DNA from: Myxococcales bacterium | GTDB taxonomy: Bacteria; Myxococcota; Myxococcia; Myxococcales; Anaeromyxobacteraceae | Length of the DNA stretch: 53,669 nucleotides | Assembly: GCA_038320275.1 (NCBI GenBank) | Contig: JBBQEB010000005.1 | Span: 1 to 53,669 of the forward strand | Reading direction: 5' to 3' | Shown: positions 30,811-40,397 of the stretch, in pieces | Layout: the number at the start of each line of letters is the position of its first letter | Position numbering within the stretch: position 1 is the stretch's first letter | The notes under the pieces: generated by a model | What the model was told of the DNA's origin: nothing | Seen by the model: the letters and a program-made list of their open reading frames with translations, nothing else | The model's database searches: none | Program-made: the position numbers and the translations under genes

Positions 30811-30813
30811 CGG

Positions 30814-30987
30814 TCAGTTGTGAGGCGGGAACGCCGCGGGCGCGTTCACGCCGCCGTTTCCGATGGGGAGCTCGCCCGGCCGCTGCTGCACCGGCTCGGC
30901 CGGAATGTGCTGCTTGCGCTGGGAGCCATCTGCGTTGCGGTCCTTTTCCTCGTCCTCGAGCGGGTACTTCGGTCGCTTGCTGGGCAT
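30814..30987 (-). CDS. Small hypothetical protein (57 aa)
   Basis: Manual translation MPSKRPKYPLEDEEKDRNADGSQRKQHIPAEP...; stops 3 nt before DUF72 start. Confidence 0.4.
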   Translation of the reverse strand: MPSKRPKYPLEDEEKDRNADGSQRKQHIPAEPVQQRPGELPIGNGGVNAPAAFPPHN

Positions 30988-31112
30988 GGGAAAAGGATGC
31001 GCACTGTGGCGGGCGCGCGCGAGCGCGTGTCACACCCGATGAGCCAAGCCGGCGAGCGAGCGCTCGAAATGTCCTTTGCCGTGCGCCTTCCATCGTCGTA
31101 GCGTGCCGTCTC

Positions 31113-31709
31113 ATGGCCTCTCCACCCTCCGTGCGCGCACGACACATGAAAGGGCACCTCGCGAGCGTCGATGCGCTCGCGGCGCCGGCGGCGCAGGCCA
31201 TCCACGCCCACGTCTCTCCGGGGACCCTGCGCACGATCGCGGACGCCTCCGGGATCGACTGGCTGCCCATCGAGGTCAGCGTCGAGCTCCGGCGGGCCGT
31301 GAACGCGGTGCTTCCCGCCCCGGAATTCGACGCCTTCTTCCGGGGCAGTTTCGGAAAGGCGCTGCAGACCCCGGTGTTCCGCGCCATCGTCGAAAGCACC
31401 ATCGCCATCTTCGGGATGGATCCCGCCTCGTGGACGCGGCTCATGCCCACAGGGTGGGCGCTCCTGTTCCGCAACTGCGGAGCCTGGAAAGCGGATCGCC
31501 TCACCGGCACCTCGGCGAAGCTGACCCTCCACGACCTCCCCCCCGCCTGCGTCGAGGACGACATCTGGGCCCGCTCCATCGGCGCGTCCACCGGAGCCAT
31601 CGTCGACCTCGATCCCTCGAGGCACGGCGGAGTGCGCTTCGTCGAGCTCGATCGCCCCGCCGGCAGGGCAGTGTACGAGATGTGGTGGGAGCCGAAGCCG
31701 ACCGGGTGA
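31113..31709 (+). CDS. Hypothetical protein (possibly myxobacterial TIGR02265/DUF2378-like)
   Basis: 198-aa GC3-biased ORF with DWLPIE motif. Confidence 0.65.
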   Translation: MASPPSVRARHMKGHLASVDALAAPAAQAIHAHVSPGTLRTIADASGIDWLPIEVSVELRRAVNAVLPAPEFDAFFRGSFGKALQTPVFRAIVESTIAIFGMDPASWTRLMPTGWALLFRNCGAWKADRLTGTSAKLTLHDLPPACVEDDIWARSIGASTGAIVDLDPSRHGGVRFVELDRPAGRAVYEMWWEPKPTG

Positions 31710-31757
31710 GGCGGCGGTCCAGACCGATCGAGGCGTGCGGCCAGTCCGTGCGGACAA

Positions 31758-32219
31758 TCAGCCCCGCTCGAGACCTCGTGAGGTGCCGTCGACGTTGTAA
31801 GCCGCCAATGTCAGGTGGACGGGGCGAAGGTCATCGAAGTCGGCATCGAGGGTCATGAGGGTTGCCCCTGTCACGGAAGCCGTCGCCGCAATCCAGAGGT
31901 CGTTCTTCCCCATCTTGCGCCCGCGGTTTAAGGACCACACGTCGAGGTCTGCATATCGCGAGATGATCGGGGCGTTGTTGATGTCGACGACCACCACGTT
32001 GCGAAGAAGCTCGCCCATCGCGTCGACCTTCTTCTGGCCCCAGGACAACTGCTTGGCGAGCGAGTGCATCTCGCCCACGGTGACCACCGAGACCAGCGGC
32101 CGCTCCGTGCCGCTAATCTGCTCGGCGTCCTCGTACGCGCGCTTACCGACTGCCGACTCCCGCAGGACGTGCACGAGAATGTTCGTGTCGAACAGGACCA
32201 GGCCCGATGCCCCGGTCAC
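31758..32219 (-). CDS. PIN-domain (VapC-like) ribonuclease
   Basis: FDTNILV, VTVGE, KNDLWIAATA, LMTLDADF. Confidence 0.9.
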   Translation of the reverse strand: MTGASGLVLFDTNILVHVLRESAVGKRAYEDAEQISGTERPLVSVVTVGEMHSLAKQLSWGQKKVDAMGELLRNVVVVDINNAPIISRYADLDVWSLNRGRKMGKNDLWIAATASVTGATLMTLDADFDDLRPVHLTLAAYNVDGTSRGLERG

Positions 32220-33136
32220 GACACCGCCTCGAGCGCTCGCCTGATGGTGTCGTCGTCCTCGTCACCAGGCCACTGCCCTAGGAGCGCGTGAAGTCCCGTC
32301 CGTGGCCCCTGCGGCACTCGGAGATCCCTCATGTCGCTCTGGGATCCGAGAGGTCGCGGCGAGATCCCCCAGATGGCGAGCTCGGACTCTGTTGCCTGGC
32401 ATACGGCCCGGGCTTCGATGCGCAGCACGCTCCCGGACGGGCGAAATACTGCCATTCCGGCGATGACCACCGGCTTCCCCCAGAGCGCCGCCAGGTCTCC
32501 TTCCTCCACTTCCTCGGCGACGCCCCGCAGCTTGTCTCGGTTCGGCAGCACGAGCTCAAACATGCGGTCGCTGTACCTGATGGAGTCTAGCTCGCCTGCA
32601 ATTCGCACCGTGCGCGGGCGCGGAGTCTGGCGCCGCAATGCCTCCACGCGCGCCAGGCCGGCTCTGGACACGGTAACCGTCCGGCCATTCAAAATTTCCA
32701 GCGAGTCGAGCCCAGCCCGATAGAGGTCCGCGAACTCGGCGTAGGTCGTCGCGAGCCCCTCGTCGAACAGATCGCTGTCCGGGTTCCCGCGGAGGGCGTC
32801 CTCCAGGCCGTCCTCGAAGAGGTCGATAGCCGATTTCTCGGGATTCACCGCCTCGAAGAAGTCCCGCTGCTTGAACTTCTCGGGCAGGGCCTGCCGCAGG
32901 GGGAGCGCCTCCAGCCTGACCACCGACGGGTCGCCGGTCGGCAACAACTTGAACTCCGCGGCGGCACGGAGCCATGCGGGCTTTGCGCCTTTTGCCCGGC
33001 TGCGCCCCTCGAGCCGGTAACGCAGGACCTGCTCGGCCCCATCGACCATGATCTTCAGCAGACCCGAGAGCAGAGGCGCCGACACTCGGTCGGTGCCGAC
33101 ACCAGGGCCAGTGAACTTGAGCTCGTGACGCAGCAT
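32216..33136 (-). CDS. 306-aa hypothetical protein coupled to the PIN gene (putative large antitoxin/partner)
   Basis: GGAGGAGG RBS, GTGA overlap with PIN start; acidic tail WPGDEDDDTIRRALE. Confidence 0.75.
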   Translation of the reverse strand: MLRHELKFTGPGVGTDRVSAPLLSGLLKIMVDGAEQVLRYRLEGRSRAKGAKPAWLRAAAEFKLLPTGDPSVVRLEALPLRQALPEKFKQRDFFEAVNPEKSAIDLFEDGLEDALRGNPDSDLFDEGLATTYAEFADLYRAGLDSLEILNGRTVTVSRAGLARVEALRRQTPRPRTVRIAGELDSIRYSDRMFELVLPNRDKLRGVAEEVEEGDLAALWGKPVVIAGMAVFRPSGSVLRIEARAVCQATESELAIWGISPRPLGSQSDMRDLRVPQGPRTGLHALLGQWPGDEDDDTIRRALEAVS

Positions 33137-33251
33137 GGCTGGCCTCCTCCGACGGCGGCTTAGAATACCCGGCGTGGAGCCGCCGGAGGGGAACGGAGCT
33201 CGGCCTGACCGGATACAAGCCCGCCGCGCCGAGCGATTCCCCAGCCGTCCT

Positions 33252-34466
33252 TTAGAAGGAATGCACGAACAGCCCGCTCCGCAGCTTCGGCTCGAACCAG
33301 GTGCTCTTGGGCGGCATGAGGAGCCCGGCGTCGGATACCGCGATGAGCTGCTCGATCCGCGTGGGATGGAGGTGCAGCGCCATCGACCAGCCGCCCCCGT
33401 CCACCCGCTTCTCCAGCTCCGCGGCGCCGCGGATGCCGCCCACGAAATCGACGTTCCTGTCGCGGCGGGGATCGGCGATGCCGAAGATGGGAGCGAGGAT
33501 CTGGTCCTGCGCGATGGAGCAGTCGAGGGCGGCCACCGGATGGCTCGCGTCGTAGGTGCCGGGGCGCACCCGGGCTCGCCACCAGCGGCGGGCAGCGTAA
33601 ACGCCGAACGAGAGCGGGGCTTCTGGAGCGGGAGACGTGGCGGGCTCGACGTCCATGACCTTCCGCAGCTCGGACAGGAGCTCCTCGGCGCCCCTGCCGC
33701 GAGCGTCGCGCAGGACGCGGTTGTAGGCGAGGATCTGCATCTGGTCATGCGGGAAGATCACCGCGAGGAAGCGGTCGTGCTCGCCGGGCTGGCCCACCCG
33801 CGCGGCGTGCACCCGCGCGGCCGCCGCCGAGCGGTGGTGTCCGTCCGCGACGTACAGCGCGGGCACCCGGCGGAAGGCGGCCTCGAGCCTCGCCCCCGCG
33901 CCCTCGGGCACGACCCACAGCTTGTGCTCGACCCCGTCGGCGGTGGTGAGGTCGTACTCTGGCGCCCCGCGCGTCACCTCCTCCACCGCACGGTCGATCT
34001 CCCCCCGCGCGAGATAGGTGAGGAAGACCGGCTCGTCGTGCGCGCCGAGCTCGTCGATGTGCCGGGTGCGGTCGTCCTCCTTGTCCGCGCGCGTCTTCTC
34101 GTGCTTCTTGATGATGTCCTTCACGTACTCCTCGACGGACGCGCAGGCCACGATGCCCGCCTGGCGGTGCTCGCCCATGCGCTGCGCGTACACGTAGAAG
34201 CGAGGGGCGCTCTCCGGGCGGAGCACGCCCCGGGCGACCAGCGCGTCGAGGTTGTCACGGCCGGCTGCGTACACGGCGTCCGCGTACTCGTCCGTGCCCT
34301 CGGGCAGGTCGATCTCCGGCCGCGAAACGTGCAGGAAGCTGTCGGGGTTTCCTGCCGCGAGCGCGCGCGCCTCGGCGGTGCTGACGACGTCGTAGGGCGG
34401 GGAGGCCACCTTCACGGCCGCCTCGGGCGACGGGCGCAAGGCGCGGAATGGGAAGAGGAGGGCCAT
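33252..34466 (-). CDS. DUF1015 family protein
   Basis: PFRALRP, SPPYDV, YVADGHHR, MPPKSTWFEPKLRSGL. Confidence 0.93.
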   Translation of the reverse strand: MALLFPFRALRPSPEAAVKVASPPYDVVSTAEARALAAGNPDSFLHVSRPEIDLPEGTDEYADAVYAAGRDNLDALVARGVLRPESAPRFYVYAQRMGEHRQAGIVACASVEEYVKDIIKKHEKTRADKEDDRTRHIDELGAHDEPVFLTYLARGEIDRAVEEVTRGAPEYDLTTADGVEHKLWVVPEGAGARLEAAFRRVPALYVADGHHRSAAAARVHAARVGQPGEHDRFLAVIFPHDQMQILAYNRVLRDARGRGAEELLSELRKVMDVEPATSPAPEAPLSFGVYAARRWWRARVRPGTYDASHPVAALDCSIAQDQILAPIFGIADPRRDRNVDFVGGIRGAAELEKRVDGGGWSMALHLHPTRIEQLIAVSDAGLLMPPKSTWFEPKLRSGLFVHSF

Positions 34467-34627
34467 GTGGGCTCCGGGCTCGGGGGTGCCCTTTCTTAAC
34501 ATCGCGGGCACGTCCGGGGCAGGTCTGGGCGCGCCCGCCCGAACGGACAGGCTGGAGCGCTCGCGCGGTGATTATCTTTCTCGCTCACCGATGGACGCAC
34601 CTCGCGTCCTCGAGAGGGAGATATCGC

Positions 34628-34897
34628 ATGAAAAACCTGACCAGGGCGTTCGCGGTGGTGCTGGCCGTGGGCCTCGCCGCTCCGAGCTTCGCGGCGAGCG
34701 ACATGTCCGACACCATCACCGAGAAGAAGAGCGACGCCAAGCGCAAGGCTCGCGACCTGAAGCCGGGCGACAAGACGGCTGGCGATCACGTCGACGACGC
34801 CAAGGACGCGACCGTTGGAGCCGCGGCCAAGACCCGCAAGGGCGCACGGAAGGCCGGGCGGAAGGTGAAGCACGAGGTGAACGAGGCGACGAAGTAG
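34628..34897 (+). CDS. Small secreted Lys/Ala-rich protein
   Basis: GAGGGAG RBS, signal peptide ..APSFA-A. Confidence 0.75.
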   Translation: MKNLTRAFAVVLAVGLAAPSFAASDMSDTITEKKSDAKRKARDLKPGDKTAGDHVDDAKDATVGAAAKTRKGARKAGRKVKHEVNEATK

Positions 34898-35053
34898 CAC
34901 CCGCCGTCCAGATCGTCAGGGTCGCGGCCGCTCCGGGTCGCCGAGGGGCCATGCGCGCCCTACCACAGGCCCGCGCAAGTGGCCGCGACCCCTGAAGTTC
35001 CAAGGTCCCAGCCTCGCCGGGCGCTCGGTGCGCCCGATGCAACGTGGCCGTGC

Positions 35054-36058
35054 GTGCAGGACCTCCCTTCGATTCATCCCGAGCTCGAGCGCCGCCTGCG
35101 CTCGTGCCCGACCCTGCCTTCCCTCCCGGCGGTCGCGTTCGACGTCCTGCGGCTCTGCCGGGACGAGGACGTGGATCTGCGCAAGGTGGGCGAAGCGCTC
35201 TCCAGCGATCCCGCCCTCTCCGCCCGCGTGCTGCGGGCCGCCAACTCCACGTCCATCGCCGCCCGATCGCGCGTCGCGACGCTCACCCGCGCCGTTGCGC
35301 TCCTCGGCTCGAGCGCCACCGTCGCCATCGCCCTTTCCTTCTCGCTGGTGCGGGGGCGCCGGCGCGGCGACCCAGCCGGGCTCGACCACGGCGCCTTCTG
35401 GAGGCGGGCCGTGATCTCGGGCATCGCAGCGCGCATCCTGGCCGAGCGCGAGCCCTGCCGCGCCGATCCGGAAGAAGCTGCCCTGGCTGCGCTCCTGCAG
35501 GACCTGGGGATGCTGGCGCTGTCGGAGATGTATCACGAGGAGTACGGGTCGATGTGCGCGGAGGCCCGCGGCGACCACGACGCGCTCGCCCTGCACGAGC
35601 GGGAGCGCTGGGGTGCCGACCACGCCCAGGTGAGCGCGCTGCTGGCGCGTTGCTGGGCGCTGCCCCCACGCTTGCAGGAGGCGCTCGCGGGGAGCCACGG
35701 CGAACCGGCGCCCAGCGCGCAGGGCGCCTCCCTGGCCTGCTGCGCGTGTCTTTCGAGCCGGCTCGCCGACGTATGGGTCGGCGGCGGGACTGGCGCGGCC
35801 CTCGAGGAAGCCCTCGAGCGCGTGCGAGAGCGGCTGGGGGTCGGTCGCGAGGCGCTGTCCACCATCCTCGCCCAGATGGCGGTCGCCATCCCGGAAGCCG
35901 CTGCCGACTTCGACCTGGATCTCGGCGGCGAGGACCGCGTGGAGCAGGTGCTCGGCGAGGCGCAGCGGGTCGCGGCCGCGCGGGCCGTGGGCGGGGGCGG
36001 GGGCGGGGGCGCGCTGGCTTCGAGAATGGCGCTCGGCGCGCCGGAGGCGCTGTCGTGA
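35054..36058 (+). CDS. HDOD domain protein
   Basis: LPSLP, DPALSARVLRAANS, LLQDLG, DHAQV..W.LP; start approximate. Confidence 0.88.
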   Translation: MQDLPSIHPELERRLRSCPTLPSLPAVAFDVLRLCRDEDVDLRKVGEALSSDPALSARVLRAANSTSIAARSRVATLTRAVALLGSSATVAIALSFSLVRGRRRGDPAGLDHGAFWRRAVISGIAARILAEREPCRADPEEAALAALLQDLGMLALSEMYHEEYGSMCAEARGDHDALALHERERWGADHAQVSALLARCWALPPRLQEALAGSHGEPAPSAQGASLACCACLSSRLADVWVGGGTGAALEEALERVRERLGVGREALSTILAQMAVAIPEAAADFDLDLGGEDRVEQVLGEAQRVAAARAVGGGGGGGALASRMALGAPEALS

Positions 36059-37413
36059 TCGTCTCCCCGCTCGCCGTCTTGCCCGCGCTGGCGGCCGCGG
36101 CGTTCTCCGCCTCGGCGGTGATGCTCGGGCTCCGTAGCCGCCGCAGGGCCTGCGGGCGCGGGCGGCTCGAGGAGGCGCTGAGGAGGCGGGGCGAGCGCCT
36201 CGAGCACCGCGCGCGCGATGCGCAGCAAAGGCTCGACCTCGACGACGCCCGCAACCACCTCCAGGTCTCGGAGCGACTGGCCGCGGTGGGGCGCCTCGCG
36301 GCGGGTGTCGCGCACGAGATCAACAACCCGCTCGCCGTGACGCTCACGAACCTGGCCTGGGCGCGCGAGGCGCTGCCGGCCATGCTCGCGCCGCGCGCGG
36401 AGGGCGTGGCGGGGCCTTCTCCGGAGGATCTGCTGGCGGCCCTGGCCGATGCCGAGGAGGCCTCCCGGCGCGTCGCAGCCATCGTCCGCGACCTGCACGA
36501 CTTTGCCGCGGACGGCAGCAACGGCCTCGGGAGCGCCGACCTGGTCTCGGTCCTGCAACACGTACAGCGGCTGGTCGCTGGCCAGGTTCGGCAGCGCGCG
36601 CGACTCGCCCTGTCCCTGCCGCGGGGGCCTGTCCTGGTGCGGGGCAATGCCTCACGGCTGGCCCAGCTCTTCGGACACCTGCTCCTCCATGCCTCCGGCG
36701 GGATTCAACCGGGGAAGCCTCAGTCGAACGAGATCCTCCTCCAGGCGCGCCGCACCGATGCGGGAGCCGAGGTGGAGGTGCGGGACACCGGCCAGACGCT
36801 GACCCCGGACGAGCTCGCGCACGCCTTCGACCCCTTCTACGAGGGCTGGCCCCGGGGGGGTGGCCGCGGGCTCGGGCTCGGGGTCTGCCACGGCATCGTG
36901 GGCAGCCTGGGCGGCGAGCTGACCGTGGAAGCGCTCCCCGAGGGCGGGACGCTCTACCGCGTGCGGCTCACCTGCCCCAACGACGGCTCGCGGCTCGCGC
37001 TGCCCCCCGCGCCGCTGCCGGTAGCGCGGCCGCGGGTGCTGGTGGTGGACGACGAGCCGCTCGTCTGCGCCTCGCTCTACCGCGTCCTGTCGCCGACCTT
37101 CGACGTGGCGCCTCACACGAGCCCCCGCCACGCGCTCGCGCTGCTCCGCTCGGGAGCGCGCTTCCAGGCGGTTCTCTGCGATCTCGCCATGCCCGAGCTG
37201 AGCGGGATGGAGCTGCACGAGGAGATCCTGCGGATCGATCCCGCCCTCGCCGGGCGCACCGTGTTCCTGACCGGCGGCGCCAGCGCGCCCGGATGCCGCG
37301 AGTTTTTGGCCCGCGTCCCCAACGTGCGTCTGCAGAAGCCGTTCGACGGGCGCGAGCTGGTGGTGGCCCTGACCGCGCAGTGCGGCACGCAGCAGGGCGC
37401 CGAACGAGCCTGA
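36055..37413 (+). CDS. Hybrid histidine kinase/response regulator with degenerate N-box
   Basis: AHEINNPL, GLGLG, receiver VVDDE/CDLAMP/KPF; GTGA overlap with HDOD gene. Confidence 0.88.
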   Translation: MIVSPLAVLPALAAAAFSASAVMLGLRSRRRACGRGRLEEALRRRGERLEHRARDAQQRLDLDDARNHLQVSERLAAVGRLAAGVAHEINNPLAVTLTNLAWAREALPAMLAPRAEGVAGPSPEDLLAALADAEEASRRVAAIVRDLHDFAADGSNGLGSADLVSVLQHVQRLVAGQVRQRARLALSLPRGPVLVRGNASRLAQLFGHLLLHASGGIQPGKPQSNEILLQARRTDAGAEVEVRDTGQTLTPDELAHAFDPFYEGWPRGGGRGLGLGVCHGIVGSLGGELTVEALPEGGTLYRVRLTCPNDGSRLALPPAPLPVARPRVLVVDDEPLVCASLYRVLSPTFDVAPHTSPRHALALLRSGARFQAVLCDLAMPELSGMELHEEILRIDPALAGRTVFLTGGASAPGCREFLARVPNVRLQKPFDGRELVVALTAQCGTQQGAERA

Positions 37414-37502
37414 TCGCGGGCGGCGCCGGCCGCCAGCCGGCCGACGGAGGGGCTCGAAGGTCCCTCTTCGCGCGCGTCGGCGCGACGCGTTAGGATAGGA
37501 GG

Positions 37503-38603
37503 ATGCGGCGGCCACTTCGCGCCCGCGCCTCGGGCGCCCTCGCCTTCGCGCTGGCATTCGCCTGCGCCCACCCGCCCTCCGGCGCGGCGGCCTCGGCCCG
37601 CGCGGAGCCGAGCGCCTGGGAGCGCGAGAGCCCCCTTCAGCCGCTGCCCACCCCGCCCCTCGGGATCGAGGTCGATTGGGCTCGCGCGGAGGTCGCGGTC
37701 ACGCCGCCGCGGGTACGGCTCGGCCGGTGGCTCTTCTTCGATGCGCGACTCTCCGCGGATGGCACCGTCTCCTGCGCGAGCTGCCATCGGCCCGAGAACG
37801 CCTTCTCGGAGCCTCTCCCCCGGTCGAAAGGCGTGCGCGGCCAGGAGGGCACGCGCAAGTCGCCGGGCATCGTGAACGCCGCCGTCGGGGTGGGCCACGC
37901 CTTCTTCTGGGATGGGCGCGCCGCCACGCTCGCGGAGCAGGCCAAGGGGCCGCTCACGAACTCGGTCGAGATGGGAAGCACGCACCAGCGGGTGGTGGCG
38001 ACGGTGCGCGGCGTGGAGGGCTACCGGCGCGCGTTCCGCGAGGCCTACGGCGACGACCGCCTCGATCTCGATCGCATCGTGGGCGCCATCGCCGCCTACG
38101 AGGCGACCCGGCTCTCCGGCGGGTCCGCCTACGACCGCTTCGCCGCGGGAGACGAGGCGGCGCTCTCGCCCGAGGCGCTGGCCGGGCGCGACGTCTTCTT
38201 CGGGCGCGGACGCTGCAACGCCTGTCACCTGGGGCCGGGGCTCACCGACGGCCGCTTCCACAACATCGGGGTGGGGTACGTCCCCGGCACCGACCTCGTG
38301 CGAACCGGGTTCGCCGATCCCGGCCGTTACGGCGTGACGTTCCGCGCGCCGGACGTGGGCGCCTTCAAGACGCCGACCCTCCGCGACGTCTCGCGCCGCC
38401 CTCCTTACATGCACGACGGCTCCGTTCCTGACCTCGCGCAGGCCGTCCTCCAGTACTTCCAGCCGCCTTCGAATCCTTGGCTCGATCCCGCCATGCTGGA
38501 GGTGCAGATCTTCCCTTCGGACGTGGGTCCGCTGGTCGCGTTCCTGAAGTCGCTGGATGGCACCGGGTTCGAGGAACAGCCGCCGCGCTTCCTGCCGCAA
38601 TGA
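37503..38603 (+). CDS. Di-heme cytochrome c peroxidase/MauG family (possible lipoprotein)
   Basis: CASCH, FWDGRA, CNACH, FKTPTLR, PYMHDG. Confidence 0.92.
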   Translation: MRRPLRARASGALAFALAFACAHPPSGAAASARAEPSAWERESPLQPLPTPPLGIEVDWARAEVAVTPPRVRLGRWLFFDARLSADGTVSCASCHRPENAFSEPLPRSKGVRGQEGTRKSPGIVNAAVGVGHAFFWDGRAATLAEQAKGPLTNSVEMGSTHQRVVATVRGVEGYRRAFREAYGDDRLDLDRIVGAIAAYEATRLSGGSAYDRFAAGDEAALSPEALAGRDVFFGRGRCNACHLGPGLTDGRFHNIGVGYVPGTDLVRTGFADPGRYGVTFRAPDVGAFKTPTLRDVSRRPPYMHDGSVPDLAQAVLQYFQPPSNPWLDPAMLEVQIFPSDVGPLVAFLKSLDGTGFEEQPPRFLPQ

Positions 38604-38637
38604 TCGATTGTCAGAGCGCCCTGGCATTCTGCGGAGC

Positions 38638-39486
38638 GTGAAACGGTACGTCACGCTCGATCTCGAGACGGTGCCCGACGAGGACCTCGTCAGCGCAGTG
38701 GATGGCGAGCCCTCGCGCCCCTACGCGGATAAGCTGGGCCGCCTCCTCGCCGCTCGCCGCGCCCAGAACGGCGGGCGGAGCGACTTCCTCCCCATCCCGT
38801 ATCACCGCCCGGTGGCGGCGTGCCTGCTGGAGGCGGTGGAGGTGGACGGCGCCCTCGAGGTGCGCGACCTCGCCTGCTGGACCGACCGCCGCTCCAGCGA
38901 AGAGCGCTTCCTGGCGAGCCTCTGGGAGCGCCTCGACCGCAGCACCATCGTCACCTTCCACGGGCGCGGCTTCGACCTGCCGGTGCTGGAGCTCCGCTCG
39001 CTGAAGCTGGGCCTCTCCGTCCCCTCCTGGTTCTCCGCGGGCCGCCTGGCGCTGGAGGAGCACCACGACCTCTACGAGTTGCTCTCTCATGGCGGTACAT
39101 CGCCCGCCCCGCTCGATCTCTACGCCAAGCTTGTGGGGCTCCCCGGGAAGGAGGGCGTGGCCGGAAAGGACGTCGGCGCGCTGTACGCGCAGGGGTCGCT
39201 CGACCGCGTCGCGGGATATTGCATGAGCGACGTAGTGCAGACCTGGCTCCTCTACCTGCGCTTTCGCCTTCTCGCGGGCACCCTCTCCCCCGGTGAGTAC
39301 GAGCGGAGCGTCGCCTCCTGCCGGGAGAACCTGCCGGGCCTGTTCGCCTCCAGGCTCGACCCCGCCGCGTGCGAGTTGCTCGGCACCTTCATGGCGCGGT
39401 GCGCCGCCTTCCTGGACGACGTGCCAGCTGCGCCACTGCGGCGCGCCGCACTGGTGCGAGGGGTGGGCAACTTTCGCCCGGGGTAA
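38638..39486 (+). CDS. PolB-type (DEDD) 3'-5' exonuclease
   Basis: LDLET, FHGRGFDLP, YCMSDV. Confidence 0.88.
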   Translation: MKRYVTLDLETVPDEDLVSAVDGEPSRPYADKLGRLLAARRAQNGGRSDFLPIPYHRPVAACLLEAVEVDGALEVRDLACWTDRRSSEERFLASLWERLDRSTIVTFHGRGFDLPVLELRSLKLGLSVPSWFSAGRLALEEHHDLYELLSHGGTSPAPLDLYAKLVGLPGKEGVAGKDVGALYAQGSLDRVAGYCMSDVVQTWLLYLRFRLLAGTLSPGEYERSVASCRENLPGLFASRLDPAACELLGTFMARCAAFLDDVPAAPLRRAALVRGVGNFRPG

Positions 39487-39557
39487 CGGGCAACCCGTTC
39501 GATACGCCCGCAATTGGAGCGATCGGGCTGGCACCGCGCTGGCAATGATCCCTTCTC

Positions 39558-40184
39558 GTGCGCCCCGCGGCACAGAACGCGCTCTCCAGCGCCATCCGGT
39601 CCCTCGCTGCCGACCGCAGCCCAGGCTGCCTCCTCGATGCGCAAGGCGCGTTCATGTTCGTGAACGAGGCGTGGGACCGGTTCGCCGAGGAGAACGGCGG
39701 CGCTCCCGCGTGCCTGGGCGATGCGCTCCTCGGCACGCGCTGGCTCGACCACATCGCCGGCGAGGAGGTGCGCGCCACGCACGCCGCCCTGCTCGCGCGG
39801 GCCCTGAGCCCGAGCTCAGGGGCTCGCGGGGCGATCGTGCAGGTGGGTGAGTGCAACACCGCCATCACCTCAGCCCTGGTCTCCACCCGGCTCCAGCCCG
39901 TGCTGCTGCACGGGATCGAGCCCACCGGCGTCGCCATCGTGCACGAGACCGTGCGCGCCCGACCCATCGAGGAGGTCTACGATCCGGTGGCGCGAGGGGT
40001 GGAGAGCTACCGCGACGGCGAGGGCCGCCTCACCCAGTGCTCCTGCTGCCGGAGGCTGCGCGATCCGGTCGAGGGTGGGAGCTGGGACCTGGTGCGCGAG
40101 GTGGTGCAGGCGCCGCCCACGCCCGTCGTGCACGGCCTGTGCGAGCTGTGCGCCGAGCTGCACTTCCGCTGCGCGCACGACTGA
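39558..40184 (+). CDS. PAS-like protein with C-terminal Cys zinc-ribbon
   Basis: FVNEAW PAS signature; CSCCRR...HGLCELC. Confidence 0.75.
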   Translation: MRPAAQNALSSAIRSLAADRSPGCLLDAQGAFMFVNEAWDRFAEENGGAPACLGDALLGTRWLDHIAGEEVRATHAALLARALSPSSGARGAIVQVGECNTAITSALVSTRLQPVLLHGIEPTGVAIVHETVRARPIEEVYDPVARGVESYRDGEGRLTQCSCCRRLRDPVEGGSWDLVREVVQAPPTPVVHGLCELCAELHFRCAHD

Positions 40185-40209
40185 GGCTGGGCGCGAGAGG
40201 CCGGCGAGG

Positions 40210-40338
40210 CTACACGGCCTTCTTGGAGCGGCGCTTCCGCTTCACGGACAGCTTGCGCTTCGAGGTCGCGGTGGCCCGCTTGGTCTTCGACCGGTTGGCG
40301 ACCTTGCGCTTGGACCGGTTTCCCTTCGGCGTCGGCAT
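40210..40338 (-). CDS. 42-aa Lys/Arg-rich basic peptide
   Basis: MPTPKGNRSKRKVANRSKTKRATATSKRKLSVKRKRRSKKAV; GAGGAG RBS; below ORF-track cutoff. Confidence 0.7.
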   Translation of the reverse strand: MPTPKGNRSKRKVANRSKTKRATATSKRKLSVKRKRRSKKAV

Positions 40339-40397
40339 GCGGCGTTCTCCTCGTGAGATGGGCGGCGGAGTCTACTGGGCGCCCTCGCCCGGTCAAC

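Noticed and set aside
31710..33250. Mobile-element boundaries around the PIN pair
   Set aside because: No transposase, integrase, terminal inverted repeats or target duplication seen
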